Shown here one piece after another: positions 35,310 to 48,500 of a stretch of DNA of 64,000 nucleotides. The notes beneath the pieces are model-generated. The model made no database searches. It was not told the DNA's origin and was given only the letters and a program-made list of their open reading frames with translations. This DNA comes from Marsupella aquatica. Taxonomy: Eukaryota; Plantae; Marchantiophyta. Within the stretch, counting starts at the first letter, position 1; each line of letters opens with the position of its first letter. Both the position numbers and the translations under genes were made by a program. The DNA lies in NCBI GenBank assembly GCA_973895155.1, contig OZ316892.1, positions 16,730,357-16,794,356 on the forward strand. The letters run 5' to 3'.

Positions 35310-36466
35310 CCTACCCAAACCTGACCAAGATACAACATTAATGAAAAAGTAAGTATTAAAAATGAGATTTAAAGAATTGGATATAAACTTTAAATTATTG
35401 AAAAATTTAAGTACATATAAAATATTTATTTTTCTAAAAAAATTTAACAAAAAATAGATTTGGATTCTATGTTGCAGTGACTGTTATCTTGCGTATTCAA
35501 TTTCTATGTGCAATGCCCGGGTTGTTGAACACCACCATAACAGCCTTACCTTGCCTTGATATATTTTTCTCATCTCGCACTTCTTTCTCATATTGACATT
35601 TTTATCTCACCACAACCATTGTTTCCACCCTCGACATCTTTTTTGTCCTTCATATTTGTTTCTCCACTCGAGATCTTTTCTCAACTCCACATCTTAGCTT
35701 TTTCTCACCTTGACATTTTTATCTCACCACAACATCTTTCCTTCAGCCTCAACATCTTTTCTCTTCTTGACATATTTTACTTATCTTTACATTTTTTTTG
35801 CCTCGCCATGTTTTCTCTCCTCGACATCTTTTTTCACCTTGACTTTCCTTACTTCACCATCTATTTTTCTCATTGACATCTTTTTTCACCTCGACATCTG
35901 CCCTATTTCTCACCTTCATATTTTTATCTCACCATAACATCTTTCCCTCACCCTTGACATATTGCCCTCACCCTTGACATATTTCCCTCACCCTCACCAT
36001 CTTTTCTCTTCTCGACATCTTTTCCTCATTTTCACATATTTTTCTCACCTTGCCATTTTTTTCTCTCCTTCACATATATTTCAGGCATGATATCTGTTTG
36101 ACTTATGACACAACATCTTTTTTTCTTAACGACATCTTGGGCGGCACAATATCTTTTTTTTGAATGACTCCTTGGGCGACATGACATCGTTTTTCTTCAC
36201 AACATCTGGGGTGACATGACATCTTTTTCTTAGCGACATCTTGGGTGACACAACATCTTTTTTTCTTTAAGATGTCTTTTTTCTTAATGACTCCTTGGGC
36301 GACATGACATCATTTTTCTTCACTACATCTTGGAAGACATTATTTTTATTTCTTAATGACATCTTGGGCGATACAACATCTTTTTTTTCTTAACTACATC
36401 TTGGGTGACATGACATCATTTTTTTCTCCATGACATCTTTTGTGCAACGCATGGGTAATGTGCTAG
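35310..36466 (+). mobile_element. Non-autonomous Helitron-like element with internal GACATC minisatellite arrays
   Basis: The 3' end TGTGCAACGCATGGGTAATGTGCTAG|T (CTAG at 36463-36466) matches the Helitron hairpin + CTAG terminus. It has internal ~20-bp and ~35-bp arrays; the 5' end is not defined. Confidence 0.7.
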
Positions 36467-37559
36467 TATAATATAATTAAGTTCCTAGTCACGGTCCAAT
36501 CCTTTTATATTGTGTTTGACAGTAATAGAGCATAGTATGCATGTGACAAATAGGTCATGATGCATAAACATCTAGTTCACTGTGTGTTAATCTTGGTTGG
36601 CAATACATCTCTTAAAATGAAACTGAAGCTCCTTTTAACCGGCACTATCACTGATTAATGTTACTCACACTTGTACTGTTGAATCAATTCTTGGAGGTTT
36701 ACCTGAATATAACAGTGAGTGAATGAATTTGATACAAATTTTTTATTGGAATAAGGTGGATGCATCAAGTTGGGCATGAAAATGCTTGACCCGAGCATGC
36801 ATGAATGACTAGAGTGAGTAAAGCCCTACCCGCCCCCCCCCCCCCCTAAGGTTAGTGTTTTTATTAGCACGGATTTCACACCCGCTCTAATTATGTGCTA
36901 ACACTCATGGCAATTGGAGGTGTCAAGGTTTGACAAAATGCACCAACAGACCAACACAATCATGATGAACTGCGATATAATCTTTTCCTAACTCAGATAG
37001 CACTTGTTCTTTGTCAAAAAGTTTAATTTTTTTTTGTTCTTTCAGCCAACAGTGACCTGGACCATCCAGGTTCCAAGGTTCAAGGTAGTGGTACATCCAA
37101 GCATACATACGGTTTTAGAAAGAATTATCAAGAATTTTATCTCTCCCAGGATTGCTCCTGAAAGAAAGGGAAACACATACGAAACTCAAAAGCAAGATTC
37201 CGTCTGTAAAATAAGTACGAAAGCCGTGACGTTGTCGGTTTCCCCAGAGCAGGTATGTCTGCTTACAACAAACAATCCCCAATTAGCAATGCTTAATTTA
37301 GTGAGAAAGCAGAGCATAACAAAGCTACAGAGGACGGTGCCAAAAAGCTCACACCGAGTAAAACAAAGTCATTTTATCACTCAATCACGCAATCAACGTT
37401 TTTCGTTAACTTTTTCCAAGTGATTGCTTTTTAGCTGGCGTCCTAATGAGGTGAGGCGAGATTGCGAGAAGAAAGGGTGCCTGAAGTGCGATTTTGCCAT
37501 GCCTATATCAGCTGATTGGTTGTGACACTGTATAGAACTGCAATGATTAGCAGGTGCCA

Positions 37560-38110
37560 TGCCAATGATAGACTTCTATCCAGTGTCAAGTACTAAATTA
37601 ATAACGCAGCCAGTGTCTCCTAAGCTCTCCCACCAGCTAGCAGGCAAAAGATGCCTAAATCTTACTTGAATATTTGTTGACGAATAGAGTTGTAGGTGAA
37701 ATAAGGGGGTGCCATGAAAGGTGATCACTGCCCGGAAAGCCCACATAGATTGACTGAGAAACCCATTGTAAATTCTCACATCCACAAAAATTGACTGATG
37801 AAACTCTGGTTGAGGTTGTGGGAACAGTTCCTATGGCTTCAGCATATCCTGAAGGCACTGACGGCTGCTGGCCTTGGGAGGGAAAAACACCGGGCCTGGA
37901 CACTGGGTCCCGCAGACCAAGGCACGGTGGGAGTTCAAGAAATGCCCCAGGATGGTCCCGCAATATTTTCTCCTTGTCTGGCCCCAATGGCGTGTTTGTT
38001 GGAGTGCTCTTACAAAATACCCATTAATGATGATGTCCTATTGTCCTGGGAGGAATGATTTTGGATGAAATGTAAACATTGTTTTACCGGGCACAGCAGA
38101 TCAGCAGATC
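37560..38110 (-). mobile_element. Decayed L1-type reverse transcriptase fragment
   Basis: LLCPVKQCLHFIQNHSSQDN (cf. LISPEQ.GFI.GR.I.DN), NGFLSQS, PLISPTTLFV (cf. PLSP.LF). Confidence 0.55.
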
Positions 38111-41100
38111 ATAGCTGTATAGTGGAGAAAACATGCTTAGTAGATCCCCTTCTGGAAAATATTTTTCCCCTATTTGGACCGTTGATGGACCTTTCAATCT
38201 CAGATCTGGACCGCTGATAGACCTCAGGGGATAGATCAGTAACAAGTTTCATTTTGGGGGCCATCAAACAAATACGTCATGTATAGTGTATATGCCTTTA
38301 AGTCCCAAAGGCTTGTACTTGACAAAATAATTTCATAGTAATATTTGTTCCATCTTGCATAGTCCTTCTCTCCTGGGCTTGCTCCTATTTCCTGGGTTGC
38401 CTCATCTCAATGTTCTCCATTTTTGTGGTCAAATGAAAATGTTATTGCATCAAAAAAAGAAAGAACCAAGGTTCATATTATGACTGAACTAGCCCAATAC
38501 TCATGAGTTGCACAATTTTGTCAGGAAGTGAGATGGCCAAGTAGTCAAACACTGGGGAGTCAGCTAGCCGGCCTAGAAACTGGATTTCAAGGAGTGTGCA
38601 AGTTGTGGAGAGAGCAATGGGTTGGGCATAGAAAGGTGTACAGCGGTAGCTTCAGGCCCATCTCATGATTAAGCAAAAATGTCACTATAATCCAATGGCC
38701 AAGGTAACTTCACACACAATGACATTTTGGTACACAGACTTGAGAAAGAAAGAGCAAATACAAATTATAGTGTTTAGATCATCACAAAGAGTCTATGTGG
38801 GGTTGGTAGGCCGCTTTCCATACAGCCTACTTATGGTTGGTGTCCTTTAAATTCTCCCATATTGCTTTGTTTTATATGTTGTAAACATTTGCCATCTTCC
38901 CTTCTCTTTGGATCAGGATGGCCTACCTCCTCATCAAGGTGTGAACTGCAATGTAGAGAGGCAGCCAGTATTCCAATTTTTTCAAAGTAGGCAAGGCGGC
39001 CAGTGCACCTACCGGTGGCTATTACAGACTATGGAAGATATCTGCACCATCTTAATTCTTTTGGATAAGCATTTGATCTGATTCGATAAGGCAATGTCAC
39101 TTTTTATCTAGAGTAAACTTTTGGTAAAATGTTTCATGTTTTTCTTTTGTTTCATTAGAGTTGCCCATAATGTGCCAAATTTGGGTGAGTCACTTGTGAT
39201 TTAGGCACTGATTGTAGCACCCTGACCCCAAACCTTCAATCTCACTACTATCCTCGTCCATTTTGCAATGCAACTCCTAGCTCCTTGAGATCATATACGA
39301 ATCTCAAGCTATGGCCCATCGTGACAAAAGCCCCACCAACCCACCCCGGAATGGCACGCTGGGAACACCCACCCCTGGGCCCCCTACAAATTGGAAGCCA
39401 ATCAACCTCTTCTATGCTCTGCTTGTATGCAATAGCACTTGTCTGCAACTCTTGTATCTTGGCTCCACAAGGGTAGCAACTATCTCATCTGATTGCAATT
39501 GATGGCTTGTGAGGATGTAAGAACATATACTCTCATCATATATGCTTATGAGGATGTGTCTCCCCAAAACGGCTTTGGTCCCCTATTTCTGGCCGCCAAA
39601 ATATATGAAGTTGAGATCATAATTCTCTGCTTGTGACTTTGTTAGTGGTGCTATGTACATGTAGCACCGCATTCAGGGCAACAGGGAGCTCATGACGGTG
39701 CTATCAACAACCACTCATGACCACTTTTGTGAAGGTGCCTTCTTGGCATAGGGAGATTACACAATGGGTCCATGACACTAATCCAAAGTCAGCTGAGATC
39801 ATCTCTCAGTAAAATAGTCTATTGAAATAGGAACGTCATTGTCTGTACTACAATTGGAGGTATTGTATAATGCAAACAAACAGGAATTTTGTTAGCAAGG
39901 AGAGTGTTGTCAATGAGACCAAGAAACCACTAGTGTCTCGTTGCTACTTGCTGCCTATTATATATTTTGTGTTTTTATGACTCCAGATGGCTAGCGAGTA
40001 TGCTAGCAAAAAGAAGAGTCCCCAAAATGTATGTTATCAACCGGGTTATTGTTAGCAAGACAGTTGGATATAAAAAAATCACGGGTCATGTGAGGAATTT
40101 TTTTACTGTTTCCTCTCACGCTACAATGACCCCTACAAATTGAGACAATGACAACTGCTTAGTTTTACAAATCAATTGTGAGATTTCTATTTTGCAAAAC
40201 CCTCGCTTGTCATTCTGTAAATTGTCTCTACTACAATTGCTATGTTGTCATTTTTCTAGACTAAAATTGATATTGGAAACAGAAACTTGTGGGACTGCAA
40301 CTATTACTTCAGAACCTGGGCAGCTCTCACATAACAAGAAGCCAGGTGAAACATCAACTTGGCAAGGGAAATTTTAAAAATTGCAAACCTAGGATATGGA
40401 GATGGTGCAAAGAACTTTACAGATGGCCTGCAAAGCAAAGAAATTGCTTGATCAGACCCCAAGTGAAACGTGTTACTTGGTAGGACACTTGAGTGATCCA
40501 GACCATTTGTTGACCTTGAATCAGGGTACACAAAACTTCAGAGGTCCTATCAAGTAACGCAATTTGTTTTGGGGTCTGATCAAGCAAATCCCTCCCTGCA
40601 AAGCTCCACTGCCGTGTGACAAACTTTGATCCAACAGATCTGAAACAGGAATTTACTTGTCAGATTGTAGAGTATAATCATAGCTTTTTGAATTTATACA
40701 AGCTTCACACACACTGAAACAATCACCTGATAGTCTCACGAACTCAATTGAACTTAGGCAATGAAGCACTAACACACCCTGCAAAATGGGAAGAACATTG
40801 TAGAAACTACAATATTGCCTCTTCAAAGCTACCCAAGCATACACTGCAATGATCACATGCTGAAATCAGAAACCCAATCGAACCCAGGCTAAGAAGCAGT
40901 AACAAAGCAGAGGAGGATGGGCCTATTGCAGGAGAAATTAGAATCAAATCCCCAATGATCTGGTTTCATTTTGGGTAGGGCTCTAGTTTGGGCTTCTTGG
41001 CTCTTTGGTTGTCCTGGAGGTTCCCAATGTTTCCTCCCCTTTATTATATAGGGTCTCCTGTCTTTGGAATCCTGTGTTTGGGTCAACATATTTTTCAAGG

Positions 41101-41149
41101 TTTTTATTATTTTGGTGAATCCAGTGTGTGAAAGAGAATATGCTCAAAG

Positions 41150-41750
41150 TATCCTTTATCTGAAGACTTTTCTGACCATCAGATCTCCCCAGATTTAAGG
41201 ATGATGGTTAGATTCTGGCTAATGGGGCCCTATGATTAGGTGGGACATTGGCTATTGAGACAGAAAAATACTAGCTAATTTTGGCCAAAAGTTTCGAAAG
41301 CTTTCTGGGGAGGTGGAATGTGGCAAATTTCTGCCACTAAAAAATAGCTGGTCCGGGTCCTTTTCGTTCATAGACAATGCCATATATACAACAACATTCC
41401 AACTGAACCAAAACCCAGAGATGCTTCTCCCCCAAATAGAACCCAGCGTAGATGTACATTTGCAACATTTGATCCATACCAGAGATTTAACCATGCTTTT
41501 GATCCTGTCCATCCAGTGCATAAAGGACCTGCTCCAGATACTTTATACTACCAGCTGTTTGAGAAGTTTTAGACTACGTAGTTGTAGGGTGTCCATTCAA
41601 GTCTCCAAAATTCTTTTCTTTAGGAGAAATGGTAAATTAGTACTGAATCTATACGTCAAAGGACAAGTTCGGTGTTTTTGTGAATCCAAAAGTCGTGAAA
41701 AACTCGAAAGTGAAACATGCATGAAAAGTAATTGGCTAGGTGCGGTATTC
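41150..41750 (-). mobile_element. Possible decayed L1 APE-endonuclease fragment
   Basis: Remnants VVVYMA...RNFWPKL...HLIIG; weak. Confidence 0.3.
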
Positions 41751-42474
41751 AAATTCTAGTCAATGGGCGCTGTTGAGAACTTTTTTGGGTCATGGGAAAT
41801 TTTATTTTATTTGATTTTCGGACGGAAAGGCATCTTGATGTACAGTCAGCAACGTTACAAAACTAATGAGGCCGAATCCTTAGGGACTTGGTGAAGAAAA
41901 AGGTGCATTAATGATTTGTGGAATCAGCAATGCAAATCTCCAAAACCCAAAATCGACGCCCTCGAATTCCACCGTGTCAGACAGGGTTCATTAATGGCGT
42001 GTGTAAATGAACAGTCAAGATTGCTCGTCTAACGTATCGGGCATGGCACCTTCTCAATTGACGAGGAGATATTAATGGTCCTTTTTGGGATTCTCTTGTG
42101 TCAAAGCCCTTGTGTGCTCCCTTCGTTTTTCCATATAACACCTAGAGTATTTGTTTGGAGGCAACGCCTCTCTTTATCCCGAGTTACCGACCTAAAGTTC
42201 GATGTCGCGTCGTCGTCTACCGATCGATTCTTGTAGATTTTGATAGCATCCCAAAATAGAGATGCTGAGACGATATATTGACACGTTGCGAGAAACGAAA
42301 AGGTTGTCGGTGGTGTTCGCATCAAAACACTTTGAGCTGCTGAGTGGATTGTGGTTTAGCGTAACTATGGGAATAAAGTGTTTTTTAATTTTAAACTTGA
42401 ACTGGAAACCGGGCTTATGGCACAGTTATTGTAGTTTGGAAAGGAAAAGCTTTGGTCAGTTGGCCTTGGGTTTA

Positions 42475-42843
42475 GGGCTGTCTTGCATGTGCAAGTACTA
42501 AAAAAAGTTCCCCTTATCAGCCCACAAATATAGGGAAAAAGTGTAAACTTGAATCTAAACTCAAGCAAAGAAAGTGAATGGGTGACGCGCCACTCATTTG
42601 AATGTAAATGTGTGATGCGCTCACTCAGTTGCATCTACTTCTTTGTCTTCTTATGATCAATGTCATTTTGTTTGATTGAGATCTGAAGGTTTGGGACTTC
42701 AAGCCCCGAAAGTTTTTTGGCCCTTGCCCTTGCATTTCAACCAAAGACACCTTTAGGACTGCCAAACTCTTGCTTCATGAACTCATGCCACAGGTTCATT
42801 TCAAGGCCAAAAAGTGAAGGACCTTGCACATGCAAGACGGCCC
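42475..42843. mobile_element. Tourist (PIF/Harbinger)-type MITE, 369 bp
   Basis: 21-bp TIR GGGC(T/C)GTCTTGCATGTGCAAG with 1 mismatch; TTA TSD at 42472-42474 and 42844-42846. Confidence 0.88.
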
Positions 42844-45106
42844 TTAGCCTTAAACCCGGAAGTCTCAGGTTAAGTCCCCCCCTCCACAAGCGAGGGTTGT
42901 GAAAGGTGTGTGTGTGAGTTTCTCCTCAGCCCCTGACTGGTTTGTTTTGGGACTCTAGTTTAACACTTTCACTCCAGGTCTGGGTGTTATTGGATCCCTG
43001 GATATGACCGCGTTATGGCTACCCTTCAGGGGCACATGTTCCGGAGTTGATTGTCTATCTTCTGTTGGATGGGTTAGCTATTGGTTTGAAGGCAAACCAA
43101 ACAAATGAAACTTTGGCTACAATATTATGTTTATGAGTGTATTCCTCTCTTAGGTCTCTTCTTAGAAACATGAAGTGAACCCACATGGGATATTGAAATG
43201 CTCGTTTTACAAGTCTCATTTCAATAATCCAGAGTTCAATACCTAAAGCTCAATCCCGGACCTAGAGTTTTGAGTTTTGCTTCTCCATAAAATATGGCTT
43301 CTATGTCAGAAGTGTGATCTGCAACAGGCACTTGTGGTCGTTGTAATAATTATAAGTAGAAAAACTACAGGAGCGGCTTATCTGCCTCCAAGCCCTCTAG
43401 TTTTTATTAAATGCTCGTCAATGAAATAAATGCAGTTCAATTCTAAATTTGTGTCATCCTCCGTAGTGGGCATGTTTTATAATCACATAGGAGGAAAAAC
43501 ATGTCCTTGATTCTGTTTTGTTTTGGGGCTACCGTTTTCCCCCTTCCCCATAACACTGTTCAAAATTGGATGTTTTTGGGTATGACCTAAAACTCTTTTG
43601 AACTTGAACACAATGTCTTTCAATTGTTGGCCTTGTGTTCAAGTTGGGCAGTGTTTTTAAGTTTGACTCTAAACAATCTACATGTAGTCAAACTCGAATA
43701 CAACGCCCTGGATACACTATTCGAATACAAGGCCATGGCGGTTTGTTGGGGGAAGATGATAGTGGGGGGAATAAAGTGTTGGTTTTTCCTGTTAAAAGAA
43801 AAGTTTACATTGTCCATGGAAGGAAAGAAACATCAATTTTGTATCTTAATCTACACCAATAGGCCCATACACACACAGAAGAAGATAGAGAATGAAAGGA
43901 AACTCCCCAGTAGGTCCTTTGGCATTATTTTGTACTCCTATTTACTATTCCTAGTTACTAAATGAGGGTGCCTAAGTTTAGAAGTTTACATGATCAGGAG
44001 TTTCTTTGTTAACCTTGCATTGCTACCACAGTGTATTTCTATCTCATCAAGTGAATTTGAAATCTCAAATCTCCTTCAAATTTAGTGTGGCACTTCATCA
44101 AGCAGATTTCTCAACTTGCAAACCTTCACAGGATATTGAAGAGAAGAACCCTAGATTCAACAAGAAAGTTGAGATTAGAAATGCTCTATCAATCCTTGTT
44201 CTTGCTCTAATTAAGAGTATGTTCTAGCGCGACCTACAGAGCACCGGGTACCATGGTAAGTCTCCAGTCTCTCATGTCAAAAGTACATAGGCGAAGGGAT
44301 GACTACTCTGTGCAACTATTGTGGCCATACCCATTTTTATTATCAGCTTTTGTTTGTGACCTGCTGTCTTATTATAATTTTTCCTTTACACTTTTGGTGG
44401 ATTCCTCATTTTGAATGGCTACACTATTGTTTAACTCTAGATGCGCGTTCTTGTAAAACTCCTTTATTATTCCCTACTGGTCCCCATTGAATGTTGTCTG
44501 TTATGACGCACTGCCCACGGTCCACAAAGGTGAAGACCTTCAGTGACTGGATTCACCAGCAAGTGGACCCAATAGTGGAAATTTTCATAACTGCAATCGA
44601 GTTTCTGAGTTCAAACTTGAAAACTGTAGCTTTTGGACAAACCCTGACTCCAAAGTGGGATTCACAAAAGCACTTTGAGCCCAAAAGTCCGAGGTCACTT
44701 GGGAAATTGAGCTTTTTGCAAAAACCTGGATTCTAAAGTGGCATTGACCAAAGCGCTTTGCCACAAAAATCGGAGGAAATGGGCAAGCGGGCAGTGAAAC
44801 CCAAGGTTCTAATAAATGAGTTTGGGAGAAACAATGACTTCAGTATTAATTTGTATAACCTTTCCAGTTATATAATATCTAGTTAATACTCTAAAGGAGG
44901 CCTCCATTGCTGCCATGATCCACATCATGCGTTCAGATAAACGCATCCCTTGTGACTCTCGGCATTCCCCCGATCCAAGAGAATAATACTCTGAACAGTA
45001 CCCTCATACATGTATGTTGGTGGACAGGAGTAGGACTGCAGCGAAATCAATGACGTTGACGGAAAGCGTCTTGATTCTGATTTATCCGGCGATTTATGTG
45101 GAGCAA

Positions 45107-45144
45107 TAGTCTAGTCTAGTCTAGTCTAGTCTAGTCTAGTCTAG
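45107..45144. repeat. (TAGTC)n pentanucleotide microsatellite
   Basis: About seven perfect units. Confidence 0.95.
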
Positions 45145-45579
45145 GGCCTTGCTACAGTACTTGCCAGGCTTTTGCATCCAATTACGCGGGCAGACGACGA
45201 TTACAGTATTAATTGAGAAGTACTGTCATCGGCGGTCCCTTTCCCGCGTTGCTATCGACCACGATCATTTGTTTATGATATGTTTTCCTATATAAAATTC
45301 ACTAGATTACGTGATATATATGATCTGCTTTTCTATATAAAATTCACTAGATTACGTGATGACCGTTAGATCGCTCTATATTTCAGAAAAACCTTCAGAT
45401 TGTGGTGAATAGGGCCCGTGTAAGTAAGACAAAGTGGCAAATTTATCCCAAAAGTGGCCAACACTTTCAGTCTGGAGCATCGATGCCAGAAAAGAAAACA
45501 AAATGCGTCTGTTCCGAATCTGATTTCATGAGGATACTACTAACCTTCAGAGTTGGTTTTTAATGACACTGGCCAGATA

Positions 45580-46150
45580 AAAAATGATCTCAATGAGAGA
45601 AAAAGATGTTGAGGTGAAGAAAATGAGTCAAACTAGAGAAGAGAAAAATAAGTCCATGAAAGAAAAGATGACAAAGTGAAAAAAATGTTCAGAGATGAGA
45701 AGATAAATGGATGTAGAGGACAAGATTTTGAGGATGAGAAAGATATGTCATGGTGAGATAAAGATGTCAATGTAACAAAAAAATATCAAGATAAGGTAAA
45801 GATATTATGGCAAAATATGAATGTAAATAAGATAAAATAAATATGTCAATGCAAGAAAAGATGTCAAAGCAAAACAATAACATATAAGTTTTGCAATGTA
45901 GTTATTGAGACATGTTATGCTTGATCCGGACATACATTTGTTGTGATTTTGTTCAATAGCTCCTGCTTTGCACATAGAAATTGGAGACTTGATATAGCAA
46001 CCACCGCATGATAGAATCCAAGCCCGACTTGAAATTTTTTAATTTTTAATTTCTTAGAGATGTTACAAAATTTTCATATTTTAGAAATTTTACAAAATGT
46101 TAAATGTAGATATAAATTATTTTAAATTATCTTGGTCAGGTGAGGGCAAG
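45580..46150 (-). mobile_element. Second, truncated copy of the Helitron-like family, inverted
   Basis: TATCTTGGTCAGGT at ~46128 and TTGCACATAGAAATTG...ATAGAATCCA are reverse complements of 35320-35530; the same GATGTC-type arrays are present. Confidence 0.65.
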
Positions 46151-46899
46151 CTAAAGGGGACCAAGACATAGTGAACTATCTAGCGAGAGGTCTCGTTATC
46201 AATCTCATCGTTACATGCCCTCCCTTTTGTCTTTATCCTATTGGAAATCTTCTTACTTAAGAATTGTGCATTTCTATTGTAGTCATATTATATTAAATTC
46301 TATCAATTCTTGTGTCATTCCTTTTCCTTAGCTAGATTCGTTCTTTTCGGTATGTTGTAAATTTGAGTGACAATCACGGTATAAATGAGGGCCACCTTCA
46401 ATCATTTTGTTTTGATTTACGCTAGTTTACTTCCATTTTGTTGGTGACCGTTTCAATTCTTTCCAGTCAAAAAGTTTTGACAATCCACCTTTCCGCCTGG
46501 TCTGTTCCCAATATTTATCCCTCCCATCATTCAAAACTTATCAGGCTACCATGTAATGAGGTTAAATTGATTCTCATTTCCCCAAACTGCCCACGTATAT
46601 TTCTAGCTTTCCAGTTTTACATGCCACCACCTTCATCCGTAACCTTTTTTGCGCAAACATAAATACCACTACCGGACAACCCACCGAGTAAAGGATCCCT
46701 CTGCTACCCGTCGATGATAAGCTGTGGAGAACACCACGTTCACAATGGATTGCCTACACTATTAAAAAACATTATTGATTTGCAAATTTATCAACTTATG
46801 TAGAAGCCAAATACCACGTGCCAACCATACAAGCAACCAACTACCCATCAACCCCAGCCATGGGAATCAGAAGCCAAACCTGGGTACTCCACAATCAAA

Positions 46900-48500
46900 A
46901 TTTATCAAAGGACATTCATTGGCAATTCTAAACTAAGTCCATCGATCCTCAACAGGCCGCATACACTGAGCCCACAAGCATGCCATCATGGACAAAATTG
47001 GATAAGCCATGTCATTGTGGTACCCAACTCAAGGAACACTGGGTCGTCCCAAGGTAGGCTAAGGCACTCCGCTTATGAACGCCTAACAAGAAAGTTATGG
47101 GCGTTGCCAGTTGGTGGCGCGCCCACTATGCGCGATAGGATCCGGGTTGGAGGCCAAATGTTTAGGGACCAAAGTTGGTCCGAGGGTGGCAGGTCTCCAA
47201 AATCATATATGAGGGGAGTGGTGTCTCCCTGGGGGCCAAAGGCGAGCCGAAGTCGTGAGCCGTGGCGGTCGTGACGCTAAGGGAAAGCGCCAAACGGAAA
47301 CGTCGATATCTTCCCAACGGGAAGTCCGTTGGAGGACTTCTTGGGTGCATTAGAAAGATCTCATGGAGGGCTACGTCCTCTTGAGCTCAGCTGGGTCTGG
47401 GGGGGCCATGGGTTCTCGAGGTTTGCGGGTGTTAGCTCGCCCGCTTGCCAAATCTTGCCGAACAGTAGCCAAGCCGCGTTCAGTCTCCCAAGGGAGCTTG
47501 CGTTGGGGAGGCAAGGCCAAGTAGGCGTGGAGGTTGAGTTCCAAGGGTGCTTGGCCCCTAGACCATCAGTGGGGCAAGAACCGGGAGTTGGTTGCTAGAG
47601 TCCGGGCCATTCTAGTCCCAACGTGTCGGGATAAGCTTTAGGACAAGCTACGCTACTTGGGCCATGAGCATGTCCTGGGGTCAGGGCGGTCAGTTGGTGA
47701 TGGATAGGTACAAAGGGGAACCCGGCCCGCGCCCAAGGAAGTTCTGGACGAACAGTGGGTGTGGGTTCTAGTTCTGGCTTATGGCATCGGGAGGACCTAT
47801 TGCTGACCTATTTACCAACGTCTGTTGAGCTTGAGTTAGGATGCTAGACTTGGCGAGTTCTAGATCTTGAAGGGTTACTTACCAAGGTGCTTGGTTGCTT
47901 GTGCAGACAGTGAGGACCGTTGAGTAGTGGTCATGTTGGAGAACAAGTGCGGCGTATGGGAGGGGCCGCTGGCGGTGCAAGGGGCACTAGGTTGCTTGCT
48001 CGAGGTATTCTGTGGAGGCGTTCGGGCACCAGGGGCACTTAGGCGTGAGTGCTGGGATTGGTGAGGGCACTGGGTGGCAAGGTCCACCAAGGCACTCCGC
48101 TTGACCCAGTGTTTATGTCTAGGCCCTCAAGTCCCATCGCCGCTCGGGGTCCCCGACCGGCCAAACCCGGATCGGGCCATAACTCATGCCCCAAGCGTCC
48201 GTTGCCCATGGCGTCAACTCCATTGGCCTTGGGTCCAAGAGGAGCTCACACTCAAGCCCTCAAAACTCAAAGTCCGTCCGAGGCCCGGATGGTCAACCTT
48301 GAGTCCAGCCCCTTTCCCCTTGACCCGACCAGCTCTCAGCTAGCCTAAGTCCTTAGTGTGTGTCACCAACTTGACTCCTTGCCTTCGCTAGTGCCATGTC
48401 TCATTGCCCACAAGTCTCCCCATGCTAAGTCCTCCCCGGATGGCCTATCCAGGCCTGGACCATAAGGGAGCTTGGCGTCGGAGTCAGCGACACCAGAGCT
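46900..48500 (-). mobile_element. L1 LINE ORF2 3' region (GC-rich, disrupted), same family as 33590-34560
   Basis: Shares TCCCCAACGCAA...TTGGCAAGCGGGCGAG with 34447-34520; zf-RVT-like remnant HDGMLVG near 46980. Confidence 0.62.
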
